Shown: in pieces, positions 36,910 through 46,289 of the stretch
Layout: every line of letters starts with the position of its first letter
Numbering within the stretch: position 1 is the stretch's first letter
Assembly (NCBI GenBank): GCA_027330985.1
Contig: DAHVZI010000002.1
Coordinates: 139,162-203,161 of the forward strand
Length of the DNA stretch: 64,000 bases
DNA from: Candidatus Uhrbacteria bacterium
Lineage (GTDB): Bacteria; Patescibacteriota; Patescibacteriia; 2-12-FULL-60-25
Reading direction: 5' to 3'
Position numbers and translations under genes: made by a program
The notes under the pieces: generated by a model
Seen by the model: only the letters and a program-made list of their open reading frames with translations
What the model was told of the DNA's origin: nothing
Databases searched by the model: none

Positions 36910-37164
36910 ATGAAGAAATCATCCATCATTTTGGTTTTGGGGCTTTTATTGGTCGCGGCGGGTTTTTTGGTATATTTCGCGTCACGTAGCGAAAATCAGC
37001 CGCAAGAGCAGGCGATGACCACGGAAAAGACGGAAGAAGCCACGCAAGCTACGGGCACGGAGGCGCCTTATGGCGACTACTCTTTGGTCGAAGGCGGGGT
37101 AGCCACGTCGGAACATTTCATGCTCGAATCGACTCCGCAGAACGCTAAGAAAAACGACAAATGA
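36910..37164 (+). CDS. small membrane-anchored hypothetical protein
   Basis: 84 aa. N-terminal TM helix and an acidic, Thr/Glu-rich tail. Confidence 0.4.
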   Translation: MKKSSIILVLGLLLVAAGFLVYFASRSENQPQEQAMTTEKTEEATQATGTEAPYGDYSLVEGGVATSEHFMLESTPQNAKKNDK

Positions 37165-38312
37165 TTATGCAAAAGGTGAATAAATTAGTCCTAGCCGTGA
37201 TCGGTCTGATAGGTTTAGCCGTGCTTTTGGCTTTGTTCGTCGTTTGGCGGAACCAGCTGATGTCGCCATCGAATCAAGCGAAAGAGCCGATGACGCAAAA
37301 AGTCGAGGAGACAGCTACGCAACAAGACAAAAAAGCAGAGGGGACCGGAGTCGAGGCTTTAAGTGCAGAGACGTGCAGGGCACAAGGCGGGACGTGGAAT
37401 GACTGCGGAAGTCTGTGCAGGGGCAAACCAGCCGGGACGGTATGTGCACAGATCTGTGTCCCACAGTGTGAGTGCAGGAGCCAGGACCAATGTCAGAGCG
37501 GGTATGCATGTACTGAATTTTTGAGTGATGGTGTGGGGATCTGTACGGCGAAACAGAGCGGAGAAGAAACCTCTGCTGCTAATCCGGACGAATGGGTAAA
37601 TAAGGAATACAGAAGTTCGGACGGTGTGACCAGCGTCGTGTTGCCGGAAGAGGCGCTCTTCAATCCATTCACCTTCTACGGCACTTCGACGGCTTTCGAG
37701 AATATGATCTCGTGGACAGTCGTACAGTCAGATGACCTGGAGGTGGCTCGCGGAAACGCATATGTTAACAGCCCTGATATCGGGATACCGGGATCTTTCA
37801 AAGTAAAAGGTTATTACGAAAGATTGCCTACGGCCGCTTCCGGTACGTTGAATGTCTTCGAAGCTTCGGCGAAAGACGGCACGCCGATCCATGCAGTCGT
37901 CATCCCGGTGAACCTGATGGTGATGGAAAAATCAAACACCAGGACGCTGCAACTGTATTTCGGCAACAGCAAGAAGAACCCTGACATGTTGGATTGCGGA
38001 AAAGTCTATCCCGTCAAACGAGTCGTGCCGGATGATGAGTATGAGCCCGAAGTGCTGATGCATTATCTTTTGGCTGGTCCGACGGAAGAGGAGAAGAAGG
38101 CGGGATATTTCACTAGCCTTCCTGAATACATCTCGGATCCCGAAGTGTCGGGCGATGAGCTGAAATTCAAGGAAGATCTCGAGGCAGGAGTCGCCGGATC
38201 CTGCAGGGTAAGCGCCATCAGGGCGCAGATCATCGAGACGTGGAAGAACGAATATAAAACCGATCCAGTCATCTCCATCGACGGCAGGACCGAAGATATA
38301 TTGCAACCGTGA
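37161..38312 (+). CDS. membrane-anchored Cys-rich protein with Gmad2/GerMN-like domains
   Basis: TM helix, 12-Cys module (CRAQGGTWNDCGSLC...CECRSQDQCQSGYAC), Ig-like region, and a C-terminal region resembling GerMN (PVNLMVMEKSNTRTLQLYFGN). Confidence 0.45.
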   Translation: MIMQKVNKLVLAVIGLIGLAVLLALFVVWRNQLMSPSNQAKEPMTQKVEETATQQDKKAEGTGVEALSAETCRAQGGTWNDCGSLCRGKPAGTVCAQICVPQCECRSQDQCQSGYACTEFLSDGVGICTAKQSGEETSAANPDEWVNKEYRSSDGVTSVVLPEEALFNPFTFYGTSTAFENMISWTVVQSDDLEVARGNAYVNSPDIGIPGSFKVKGYYERLPTAASGTLNVFEASAKDGTPIHAVVIPVNLMVMEKSNTRTLQLYFGNSKKNPDMLDCGKVYPVKRVVPDDEYEPEVLMHYLLAGPTEEEKKAGYFTSLPEYISDPEVSGDELKFKEDLEAGVAGSCRVSAIRAQIIETWKNEYKTDPVISIDGRTEDILQP

Positions 38313-38737
38313 ATATGCTTTTTCTAGGAGCGGCATCAGGGGTAATAGCGGCATCGATCATGCTGCTTTTCTCCCATCTGGCGCCGTTCTTCGGAGCCGG
38401 GAATTTCGTCCGTGATCTGGACGAACCCAGGGTCTTCGGGAAAGAGATATCGTACCGTGAGGCGCATTATCTCGGCGTATTGCTGCATGTCATGTTCTGC
38501 TTGGTCTCCGGCGGGCTGTTCGGCGCTTTCTTCGACGCCGGTCTGATCAGCGGGGTAGGGCTCTTGAGTGTCATGGGTTGGAGCCTTGTTGCGTTCTTAT
38601 TCTATGGTGGTGTGTTGATGCCGCTCGAAGGGCACGGCGTCTTCGGCGTCAAAGAGGATGCATGGTTTCCGGTCGATCTGTTCTTGACGAACGTGCTTTG
38701 GGGAGTATTGTTCTGGTGGATCATAAATTTGTGGTGA
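38309..38737 (+). CDS. hypothetical integral membrane protein
   Basis: 142 aa with four predicted TM segments. Confidence 0.45.
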   Translation: MNMLFLGAASGVIAASIMLLFSHLAPFFGAGNFVRDLDEPRVFGKEISYREAHYLGVLLHVMFCLVSGGLFGAFFDAGLISGVGLLSVMGWSLVAFLFYGGVLMPLEGHGVFGVKEDAWFPVDLFLTNVLWGVLFWWIINLW

Positions 38738-39840
38738 AAAAACATCTGCTTTTGGCCTTGTTCATGGTCTCGGGTCTGATGCTGGGGACGGTTTTGATGT
38801 TGTTGCCTTTGGTCGGTTTCACCCGAGCCGATACTTTGCCGCGGCAGATGGCCGAAATACCACAGGTAGTGACGCCGGTGTTGACGTTTTTCCATACTTT
38901 GCCGCAAGCCGCGGAGGCCGAACGCGGCATCCATGATGTTTCTCTGCTTTTCGTCGGCGACATGATGTTCGATCGTACAGTTGCGACCAGGATGAAGAAC
39001 GCCGGCTCGAGCTATTATCCTTTCGGTAAGATATCAGGATTCCGCGACGGGACATTCGGGCATGTGGACTTGCTCGTCGGCAACCTGGAAGGGCCGGTGA
39101 CCGGGAAAAAAGCAGCGCCGCTTAAAAGCATCGACTTCAGTTTCGATCCGTTCATGGCTAAAGTACTTAAAGATGAGGGTTTCGATGCCGTGTCTCAAGC
39201 GAACAACCACACCTTGGATCAAGGGCGTAATGGAGCGGATGAATCGCGCAAGACGCTGCAAGAGAACGGATTGAGCGTCTTCGGTGATGAAGTCAGGGAC
39301 GATGCGGAGGATTCCTTGACCATATTGCAGGCCAACGGCAGGAAGATCGCGCTCGTCGGATTCAACATCACCGATAACGCCCTGGACAAGGATGCGGCGC
39401 GCGCATCAATCGACCAGGCCCTGATCAAGGCGGATAAGACAGTGGTATTCATACATTGGGGCAACGAGTACAAGGATAAACCGAACGCGGATCAAATCGC
39501 GTTGGCGCATTGGTTCATCGATCTGGGTGCCGATGCGGTGATCGGCGGTCATCCGCACTGGATGCAGGGTATCGAATCATACGACGGAAAACCGATCGTC
39601 TATTCCCTGGGTAATTTCATCTTCGATCAGGATTGGTCGGAAGAGACAGGCTATGGGCTATCCGTCGTCCTGAATTTCGGCGACAAACGAAGCTCGTTGG
39701 ACCTTTATCCGATTCACATTGAGGCGAGTCAGCCGACGGTGCTCACCGGGGCTGTACGAGATGTGAGGCTGGAGAAGCTGGCGCAGATCTCAGATGCCGC
39801 GCTGCAGGACGGGATCAAGAGCGGGACTCTGGAATTCTGA
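38731..39840 (+). CDS. CapA/PGA_cap family metallophosphatase-like protein
   Basis: GTG start overlapping the upstream stop. TM helix, then the CapA core (LLFVGDMMFDR, GNLEGP, ANNHTLDQG, IHWGNEY, IGGHPHWMQG, SLGNFIFDQ). Confidence 0.7.
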   Translation: MVKKHLLLALFMVSGLMLGTVLMLLPLVGFTRADTLPRQMAEIPQVVTPVLTFFHTLPQAAEAERGIHDVSLLFVGDMMFDRTVATRMKNAGSSYYPFGKISGFRDGTFGHVDLLVGNLEGPVTGKKAAPLKSIDFSFDPFMAKVLKDEGFDAVSQANNHTLDQGRNGADESRKTLQENGLSVFGDEVRDDAEDSLTILQANGRKIALVGFNITDNALDKDAARASIDQALIKADKTVVFIHWGNEYKDKPNADQIALAHWFIDLGADAVIGGHPHWMQGIESYDGKPIVYSLGNFIFDQDWSEETGYGLSVVLNFGDKRSSLDLYPIHIEASQPTVLTGAVRDVRLEKLAQISDAALQDGIKSGTLEF

Positions 39841-39908
39841 TGTTGGTCTGATGCGAGTCTGGACAGCCGGCTCTTTTTCGGTTATGGTCGAATGACCCTG
39901 GCCAGGAG

Positions 39909-40154
39909 GTGATAATGTCTGAAAGGTCCAGACGCGGGGTGACACTGCGCAGCAATCACGTATCCATCGCAGCTTCAGCCGCGTATTTCCGTGAGCACGA
40001 GCCGAGTACCGGGACCAGAACCCGGGAGGACAACGAAGTACGCGAAGACGGCGTATGCAGCGAATGCGGCAGGACGATGTCGAAGCTAAACCTCTGCGTC
40101 TGCGGCAAATGCATCGTAAGATGCTGTACGTGTCCCACCTGCGGCTATCGTTGA
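39909..40154 (+). CDS. small Cys-rich hypothetical protein
   Basis: 81 aa. C-terminal CSECG...CVCGKCIVRCCTCPTCGY metal-binding-like cluster. Low confidence that it is expressed. Confidence 0.3.
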   Translation: MIMSERSRRGVTLRSNHVSIAASAAYFREHEPSTGTRTREDNEVREDGVCSECGRTMSKLNLCVCGKCIVRCCTCPTCGYR

Positions 40155-40205
40155 CCAGCAGGGCTTCCATATTTAGCGCATTAAGGCGCGCGTTCCATCT
40201 CTTAC

Positions 40206-40250
40206 ATCCCAGCTTGCCGAAGCTGGGATAACTCTTTTTGGAATTTTTTT
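40206..40250 (+). terminator. rho-independent terminator
   Basis: ATCCCAGCTT-GCCG-AAGCTGGGAT 10-bp stem followed by CTCTTTTTGGAATTTTTTT. Confidence 0.6.
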
Positions 40251-40358
40251 CTATTCCCGATTCCTGCTTTCGTGGGAATGAGAAAAAAGGGGTCAGGACG
40301 ACGTAAGGCAGTGAATCATCTTTTTGCCTAAGTTTCGCCGGTTGTCTATCATGGCCTG

Positions 40359-41585
40359 ATGCGAGTTCTGCAGGTCAGCGAATTCATCGAGATCGTCAAC
40401 GGCATACTGCGCGAGACCTTGAGCGGTGAGGCTTTTGCCGTGGAAGGCGAGATATCCGGATATCGGGTGAATCAAGGGCAATGGGTGACTTTCGATCTCA
40501 AGGATGACAAATCGTTACTCAACATCTTCATGCCTCTGTGGAATCTCGATGTGCCTTTGGAAGACGGCGCACGCGTCAAGGTCTATGGGATGCCGCGGAT
40601 TTATCCCAAGTACGGAAAATTCTCCATCTCCGCAGAACGCGTAGAGCTTTCTGGCGAAGGTGCATTGAAAAAAGCTTTGGCCGCATTGCGTCTCAAGCTC
40701 GAAAAGGAAGGGATGTTCGACGCAGCCAGGAAAAGGGAATTGCCGCGATTCCCCCGACGCATCGCTCTTATCGCCTCGCGCGAAAGCGCGGCATACGGAG
40801 ATTTCATCAAGATACTGGGCGAAAGATGGGGCGGTCTGGAGATAGATTCGTATCACGTCTTGGTCCAGGGCCAGCGCGCACCGCAGGATATCGTGCAGGC
40901 GATCGAATCGGCGAACTCCCACCCCCTTTCGCTCCCCCTCGGGCAGGGGGAGAGTAATTATTATGACGTACTCGTGATGACGCGCGGCGGAGGCTCGCTC
41001 GAAGAACTGATGGCGTTCAACGACGAAAAAGTCGTGCGTGCAATCCACGGTTCAAAAATCCCTACGTTGGTCGCCATAGGACATGAGCGTGATCTGACTT
41101 TGGCCGAAGAGGCGGCTGATGTGCGTGGGTCGACTCCGACGGATTGTGCACGTCGCTTGGTTCCGGATAGACGTGACGTGCTTTATGAGTTGGCGATGGT
41201 GATGGAGAAAATCGAGGGTTCGGTAACCTCGGATATCGAGGAGAAACACGCCGTCCTGGAACGAGCCATCAGCGCGCCGAGCGTTTGGATTGCGGGCAGG
41301 AAAGTCGAGTTGGAAGGTGTCAGCGCCAGAGTCGTATCATCCGTCGATTCCTGGTTGGATCAGCTCAAGCAGGGGCTGACGGGCAAGATGCGGTTGTTAC
41401 AGTCCTTGGATCCGAAAGCAGTCCTGCGACGGGGTTATGCGGTGGTCATGGATAAGGCAGGAAAAGCCGTGGCTTCAGCCAAGTCGCTGAAGGCAGGGGA
41501 TGCGGTGAAGCTGCTTTTGCAGGATGGCGAGGTTGGGGCTACTATTGATGGTGGCGAAACGAAGATTCAGCCGAAATTGTTATGA
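40359..41585 (+). CDS. xseA: exodeoxyribonuclease VII large subunit
   Basis: N-terminal OB fold (VEGEISGYRVNQGQWVTFDLKD). Catalytic core (RIALIASRESAAYGDF, VMTRGGGS.EEL..FN, IGHERD). Confidence 0.85.
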   Translation: MRVLQVSEFIEIVNGILRETLSGEAFAVEGEISGYRVNQGQWVTFDLKDDKSLLNIFMPLWNLDVPLEDGARVKVYGMPRIYPKYGKFSISAERVELSGEGALKKALAALRLKLEKEGMFDAARKRELPRFPRRIALIASRESAAYGDFIKILGERWGGLEIDSYHVLVQGQRAPQDIVQAIESANSHPLSLPLGQGESNYYDVLVMTRGGGSLEELMAFNDEKVVRAIHGSKIPTLVAIGHERDLTLAEEAADVRGSTPTDCARRLVPDRRDVLYELAMVMEKIEGSVTSDIEEKHAVLERAISAPSVWIAGRKVELEGVSARVVSSVDSWLDQLKQGLTGKMRLLQSLDPKAVLRRGYAVVMDKAGKAVASAKSLKAGDAVKLLLQDGEVGATIDGGETKIQPKLL

Positions 41586-42208
41586 ATGATAAGGATATAT
41601 CGGAAAAACAGGCCATCCTACAATCGGAGGCGAAGAAAGTGTTGGATGTGTTGGGAATACTTACGTTTCTGTCTGAATTCGGTCGGGTTGAGGTCGTTGG
41701 TAGTTACGCTCTTGGACTCATGACCTGGCGAGACGTTGATATCGATTTGGCTGTAGATGAGATCAGGGAAGACGATTTTTTTCAGGCAGTTCGTTTTATG
41801 TTCGGTCGTGAGTCCATCAAACGGTTGGTCTTAGCGGATAACCGGAACGTCGAATCGGATCTTGCTGATCGGGGCATTCCTGCGAGCCTCTATCTAGGCG
41901 TCTTTGTAGCCGCTGTAGATGGAGGGGAATGGAAAATTGATATCCGATTTGTAGAGGGTGGGGATATTAGGACAAAAAACTATCTTGAACAGATAAAGAG
42001 CAGGTTAACAGATGAGAAGCGACTAAAAATCCTTGAAATCAAAGATGCAGTTTGTTTACATCCGAAATATCAGAAAAAGGAAATTTGCGGGGTTGATGTC
42101 TACACTTCAGTCCTAGATGATGGCGTCACGGATGTCGAGGGCTTTGAAAAATTTCTCGCTAGAAAAGGAATTGAATTATTGTCTGACGAACTTGGAGAGA
42201 TGGCTTAG
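41582..42208 (+). CDS. minimal nucleotidyltransferase (NTP_transf_2-like) domain protein
   Basis: GS-x9-DxD motif (VVGSYALGLMTWRDVDIDLAV). 208 aa. Start overlaps the xseA stop. Located between xseA and xseB. Confidence 0.6.
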   Translation: MNDKDISEKQAILQSEAKKVLDVLGILTFLSEFGRVEVVGSYALGLMTWRDVDIDLAVDEIREDDFFQAVRFMFGRESIKRLVLADNRNVESDLADRGIPASLYLGVFVAAVDGGEWKIDIRFVEGGDIRTKNYLEQIKSRLTDEKRLKILEIKDAVCLHPKYQKKEICGVDVYTSVLDDGVTDVEGFEKFLARKGIELLSDELGEMA

Positions 42209-42250
42209 ATCCCGGCTCGATGACCGGGATGACATAATAAACAACAAAAT

Positions 42251-42460
42251 ATGACAGCAAAAAAAGAAGCGAAAGAAATAGACATGGGTAAAGGTTTCGA
42301 GGAGCTCGAAAACATCGCTACCTGGTTCGAGAGCGGTGAGACTGATTTGGATCAGGGTCTGCAGAAATTCGAGCGGGCTTTGGAGATCGCCTCCACGCTC
42401 AAGAAGAAGCTGTCAGATGCCGAGAACAAGATAAAAGAGATCAAAAAGAAATTCGAATAA
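42251..42460 (+). CDS. xseB: exodeoxyribonuclease VII small subunit
   Basis: 69-aa helical protein with the XseB pattern (FEELENIATWFESGETDLDQGLQKFERALEIASTLKKKL). Confidence 0.8.
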   Translation: MTAKKEAKEIDMGKGFEELENIATWFESGETDLDQGLQKFERALEIASTLKKKLSDAENKIKEIKKKFE

Positions 42461-42475
42461 TAATTTAATAACTAT

Positions 42476-42817
42476 ATGTATCTACTTTTAAGATGGCTCA
42501 TCAGCGCGGGATCGGTCATGGCAGCGGCATATCTGGTGCCAGGCGTGCACGTGGCTAATCTGTGGAGCGCTTTGATCGCGGCGCTCGTCATAGGTCTCAT
42601 CAACGCATTGATCAGGCCTTTGATACTTCTGCTCACCTTGCCGGTAAATATCCTGACCCTCGGACTTTTCACCTTGGTCATCAACGCTTTGATGTTCTGG
42701 TTGGCTTCATCCATCGCAAAGGGTTTTGACGTCTCCAGTTTCAGTGCAGCGTTCTGGGGCGCTTTGGTCTATTGGTTGGTTTCATGGATCGCTAACGGCT
42801 TGTTGGGTAAGGAATGA
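42476..42817 (+). CDS. DUF360/phage-holin-4_2-like small membrane protein
   Basis: 113 aa with four TM segments (AAYLVPGVHV...LIAALVIGLINALIRPLILLLTLP...). Confidence 0.55.
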   Translation: MYLLLRWLISAGSVMAAAYLVPGVHVANLWSALIAALVIGLINALIRPLILLLTLPVNILTLGLFTLVINALMFWLASSIAKGFDVSSFSAAFWGALVYWLVSWIANGLLGKE

Positions 42818-43332
42818 GCGTCACAGCATCGAAAAAGAGTCTTATCTGGTCGATTGTCGTCTCGACGGCGTTTTGTCTAACCTCGGTGTGGTTCGTCTTC
42901 GGTCCTTTGATAACCGCCTATCAGCACAAATCGACATGGACCAGGGCGGCTGCGACTATCGAGGACGTCGGTTATTCGAGGTATTACGGCATCACAAACA
43001 GGACGCAGCTGATACATCATCTGATCCCTCAATATCAAGTCAGACTAAGATATGTCTATGCCTTTGGAGGCAAGACCTATGTGGGATATGCGCATAAGTC
43101 ATTGATGATATCGGAAGCCCGAGCTGAAAGGTTCGTCGGCAACTTTGAGGGCAAGGGCATCGAGATAGCGGTGGACCCGCAGAATCCAATGCATAGCGAA
43201 ATCCTGGGGATAGTTGATTTTGAAGGTTATCTACCGCTGCTCGTCCTCAGCTTGATCCTGTTATCTTTGAGTCTGTATAACTATTCATTAGCCAAGAAGA
43301 ATCTATGGCGAAACAAAGCGAAAAACCAATAG
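42814..43332 (+). CDS. DUF3592 domain membrane protein (paralog 1)
   Basis: TM helix, beta-rich domain, C-terminal TM helix. This architecture is shared with 44011 and 44907. Confidence 0.5.
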   Translation: MSVTASKKSLIWSIVVSTAFCLTSVWFVFGPLITAYQHKSTWTRAAATIEDVGYSRYYGITNRTQLIHHLIPQYQVRLRYVYAFGGKTYVGYAHKSLMISEARAERFVGNFEGKGIEIAVDPQNPMHSEILGIVDFEGYLPLLVLSLILLSLSLYNYSLAKKNLWRNKAKNQ

Positions 43333-44006
43333 TGCTGTCCGTCGGCGGTTCCTTGGTCGTGCCGAAAGACGGTATCGCCATCGATTATCTGCGCGAATTG
43401 AATAAGTTCATCCGTAGCCAAATCAAAAACGGAAAACGTTTCATCATCGTTATCGGCGGAGGGTATACGGCGCGACAATATCAGAGCGCGGCGAAAAGCA
43501 TCGCGAAACTGATGGATGACGATGCGGACTGGTTGGGCATACACTCGACCAGGCTCAATGCACAGCTCGTACGCACGATATTCAAGGACATCGCTAATCC
43601 ACGCATCTGCAAAGATCCGACCAAGCGCATGTCCTGGAACGAGCCGGTACTTGTAGCTGCAGGTTGGAAGCCAGGATGGAGCACGGATTATGTGGCGGTA
43701 CGTCTGGCGCGAAAATATGGTGCAGAAAGAGTCGTAAACCTGACCAATATCGACGCTGTTTATGACAAGGATCCGGCGCGGTATGATGATGCGGTGGCGA
43801 TAAAACGTATCGCATGGAAAGATTTTAGGAAGATCGTGGGCGATAAATGGTCGCCGGGAGCGAATGCGCCGTTCGATCCGATAGCCTCGAAACTAGGCCA
43901 GAGGTGGGGGCTGGAGGTCATCATCGCATCAGGGCATGATCTGAAGAACGTCAAATCTATAATCGAAGATAAGAAATTCAATGGAACCGTCATAGACGGG
44001 GAATAA
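43305..44006 (+). CDS. pyrH: UMP kinase, archaeal-type
   Basis: Amino-acid-kinase fold (VLSVGGSLVVP, IVIGGGYTARQY, LVAAGWKPGWSTD). About 233 aa and aligns to archaeal UMPK. Confidence 0.8.
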   Translation: MAKQSEKPIVLSVGGSLVVPKDGIAIDYLRELNKFIRSQIKNGKRFIIVIGGGYTARQYQSAAKSIAKLMDDDADWLGIHSTRLNAQLVRTIFKDIANPRICKDPTKRMSWNEPVLVAAGWKPGWSTDYVAVRLARKYGAERVVNLTNIDAVYDKDPARYDDAVAIKRIAWKDFRKIVGDKWSPGANAPFDPIASKLGQRWGLEVIIASGHDLKNVKSIIEDKKFNGTVIDGE

Positions 44007-44010
44007 AAAT

Positions 44011-44466
44011 ATGAATTGGCAACGCATCATAATGGGGATAATAGGCGCGGCTTTGTTGGTAGGCGCGGGATATTTTACCTATCACCAATATCAATTCCAG
44101 AAGAGCGCCCTTGTCACCAAAGGCCGTGTGACGGCACAGGCAGAACACAGCGGCAGCAAGGGAAGGACGATGTACGCGCCGAAGGTCAGCTTCAAGGCGG
44201 CAGACGGCAACACATATGAATTCACCTCCAAACTGTCCTCATCATCACCGAGCTATGGGGTAGGCGAGACGGTGGAGGTGCAGTATGACCCGGCCGATCC
44301 CAAGAACGCGGAAGTGAAAAGTTTCTTGGCTGCCTGGCTCGTGTCGATCGTTTTCCTCATCATGGGCGGATTCATGTTCTTCTTCAGCGTGTTTGGAGGC
44401 AAATTCTATCAGAAGAAAAACATCGGAACACCGAAAGCGATGACGGATAATAATCAGGCGCAGTAA
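44011..44466 (+). CDS. DUF3592 domain membrane protein (paralog 2)
   Basis: TM helix, beta domain (GETVEVQYDPADPKNAEV), TM helix. Confidence 0.55.
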   Translation: MNWQRIIMGIIGAALLVGAGYFTYHQYQFQKSALVTKGRVTAQAEHSGSKGRTMYAPKVSFKAADGNTYEFTSKLSSSSPSYGVGETVEVQYDPADPKNAEVKSFLAAWLVSIVFLIMGGFMFFFSVFGGKFYQKKNIGTPKAMTDNNQAQ

Positions 44467-44526
44467 GGCATAAAAAAGCAGACCTGACACCCCAGGGTAT
44501 CAGGTCGAGCGACGACGACTGCATAT

Positions 44527-44865
44527 TCAGTTCTCCGGTTTGGGTTCCTCGGGCGGGAGAGATCCGTCCGCATCGTCATAGGTCAGGTTGACCAGCTTTT
44601 CCTGGTCGAGATCGGCGATCACCTCCAGCCGCTTGTCGAAGATGAACATCTTGAATCCTCTGCCTAGAGTACGGAAGAGGTACATGTAGAGGATGACCCC
44701 GCGCATGAATAGGTCGCGCAGGCTAGCCGCACGCGTTTCGTCGGCCATGTGTTGAAGCTGTTCCGCCAGATGATCCGGCACCTCGATCGTGATCTTCATC
44801 GGACACCTACCTTCCACGAATGAATGAACTTTCCATAGAATGAGGTCGCTGCGCGGATATGTCAA
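44527..44865 (-). CDS. small hypothetical protein
   Basis: 112 aa. An internal Met (MKITIEVPDHLAEQL) gives an 89-aa alternative. No recognised domain. Confidence 0.35.
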   Translation of the reverse strand: MTYPRSDLILWKVHSFVEGRCPMKITIEVPDHLAEQLQHMADETRAASLRDLFMRGVILYMYLFRTLGRGFKMFIFDKRLEVIADLDQEKLVNLTYDDADGSLPPEEPKPEN

Positions 44866-44906
44866 AGTCAGTTGTCTTAAGGACGGTTTCGTATTAATGT
44901 CACCAA

Positions 44907-45350
44907 ATGAACGAAAAACATATTCCTTGGATAGTAGGTGCGACGGGGATCGTCTCTTTACTCGTAGGGATGTTTTTGACGCTCCAGACTAGCCACGGTC
45001 TGAAGGGCATGGAAGTTGGGAGGGGGAAGGTGATCTCCAATGTGCTGATAGGCGGAGGGAAGAGCCGTGGCCAGAGGATCGATGTGCAATTTGAGTCAAA
45101 AGAAGGGAAGGTCTACAGAATTACCGACACTGTGCCGTCATTCGTCGAAATCCCCGATATAGGCCAGCAGGTCGAAGTTCTGTATCAACCCGGCCAGCCG
45201 CAGCAAGCACAGGTCAAGAATACCCTGATCCAATGGTTTTATCCGATATTCTTCAGCGGAATGGGATTATTCCTGCTCGCCTCTTCAGCTCTGTTTTTTG
45301 TGTTGTTCAGCAAGCTTTTTCCGCCTAAGAAGGCTCTTGACATAGGTTGA
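44907..45350 (+). CDS. DUF3592 domain membrane protein (paralog 3)
   Basis: TM helix, beta domain (QQVEVLYQPGQPQQAQV), TM helix. Confidence 0.5.
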   Translation: MNEKHIPWIVGATGIVSLLVGMFLTLQTSHGLKGMEVGRGKVISNVLIGGGKSRGQRIDVQFESKEGKVYRITDTVPSFVEIPDIGQQVEVLYQPGQPQQAQVKNTLIQWFYPIFFSGMGLFLLASSALFFVLFSKLFPPKKALDIG

Positions 45351-45379
45351 GATTCCTGTTATTTTGCTGCCAACACTCT

Positions 45380-45540
45380 AAGGTCCTGAGACAGCAGGTG
45401 CTCCAAAAAAGGAGCTTAATCACCACGTAGAACGTGGATAGCCTGCCGAGGCGCATCAGTTCGATTCCAGATTCCGGCCTACGCCGGAACAGCGGAACTA
45501 GGATTGGAAGCCCACAGGAAGCCTGTGGGTGTTTTTATCC
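45380..45540 (+). promoter_or_regulatory. ribosomal protein L10 leader-like 5' UTR with attenuator hairpin
   Basis: Structured 5' region upstream of rplJ, ending in CCCACAGG-AAG-CCTGTGGG plus TGTTTTTA. The L10 leader call is by position and structure only. Confidence 0.45.
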
Positions 45541-45572
45541 CAAAGGTCGAACGTTAAAAGAAAGAAATATTT

Positions 45573-46259
45573 ATGCCAAAAACAAGACAACAGAAAGAAG
45601 CGGAGATCAGCGACCTGGTACAAGAGTTCAAAGGTGCCAAATCGGTCGTGTTCGCCGACTATCAGGGTTTGACCGTGGCTAAGGCAGACGAGTTGCGTAA
45701 CAAAGCGCGCGAATCGGGTGTCCGCTATCTGGTCGCCAAGAAAACCCTCTTGTCCAAGGCGGCCAAACAGGCAGGTTTCGAGTTGGACACTTCCAAACTG
45801 ACCGGCATGTTGGGCGCCGCTTTCGGCAAAGAGGATGAAGTCGCTCCGGCCAAGGTGCTCGGTGACATGACCAAGGATACTCCGATCAAACTGGTCGGTG
45901 GCATCTTCGAAGGCCAGGTCGTCGGTGCCGATAAGGCCATCGCACTGTCCAAGCTGCCCTCCAAGCAGCAATTGCTCGGTCAGTTGGTCGGTACCATGTA
46001 TGCTCCGGTCTCGGCTTTTGTCCGCGCTTTGAACGCAATCCGTGAATCGATGGAGAAGGGTTCTCCGGCAGCTGCCGAGGCAACAGCTCCTGAAGAGAAG
46101 AAGGAAGAGCCAAAGGCGGAAGAAAAGTCCGTTGAAGAACCTAAGACCGAAGAAAAGCCAGCCGAGCCAGAAGCCACACCGGAAGTCTCCGGTGATGCGC
46201 CTGCCGCTCCGGCAGAGACGGCAGAAGCTCCCGCAGCGGATGTACCGCCTGCGGCGTAA
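45573..46259 (+). CDS. rplJ: 50S ribosomal protein L10 with low-complexity C-terminal extension
   Basis: L10 core (SVVFADYQGLTVAKADELR). About 60 aa of extra E/K/P/A-rich tail (EEKKEEPKAEEKSVEEPKTEEKPAEPE...). Confidence 0.85.
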   Translation: MPKTRQQKEAEISDLVQEFKGAKSVVFADYQGLTVAKADELRNKARESGVRYLVAKKTLLSKAAKQAGFELDTSKLTGMLGAAFGKEDEVAPAKVLGDMTKDTPIKLVGGIFEGQVVGADKAIALSKLPSKQQLLGQLVGTMYAPVSAFVRALNAIRESMEKGSPAAAEATAPEEKKEEPKAEEKSVEEPKTEEKPAEPEATPEVSGDAPAAPAETAEAPAADVPPAA

Positions 46260-46289
46260 GATAATTCACAGGAAGATAAACCAAATATT

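Noticed and set aside
45440-45480. T-loop-like GTTCGATTCC near 45455 as a possible tRNA
   Set aside because: No matching acceptor, D or anticodon stems could be drawn. It sits in the structured rplJ leader region.
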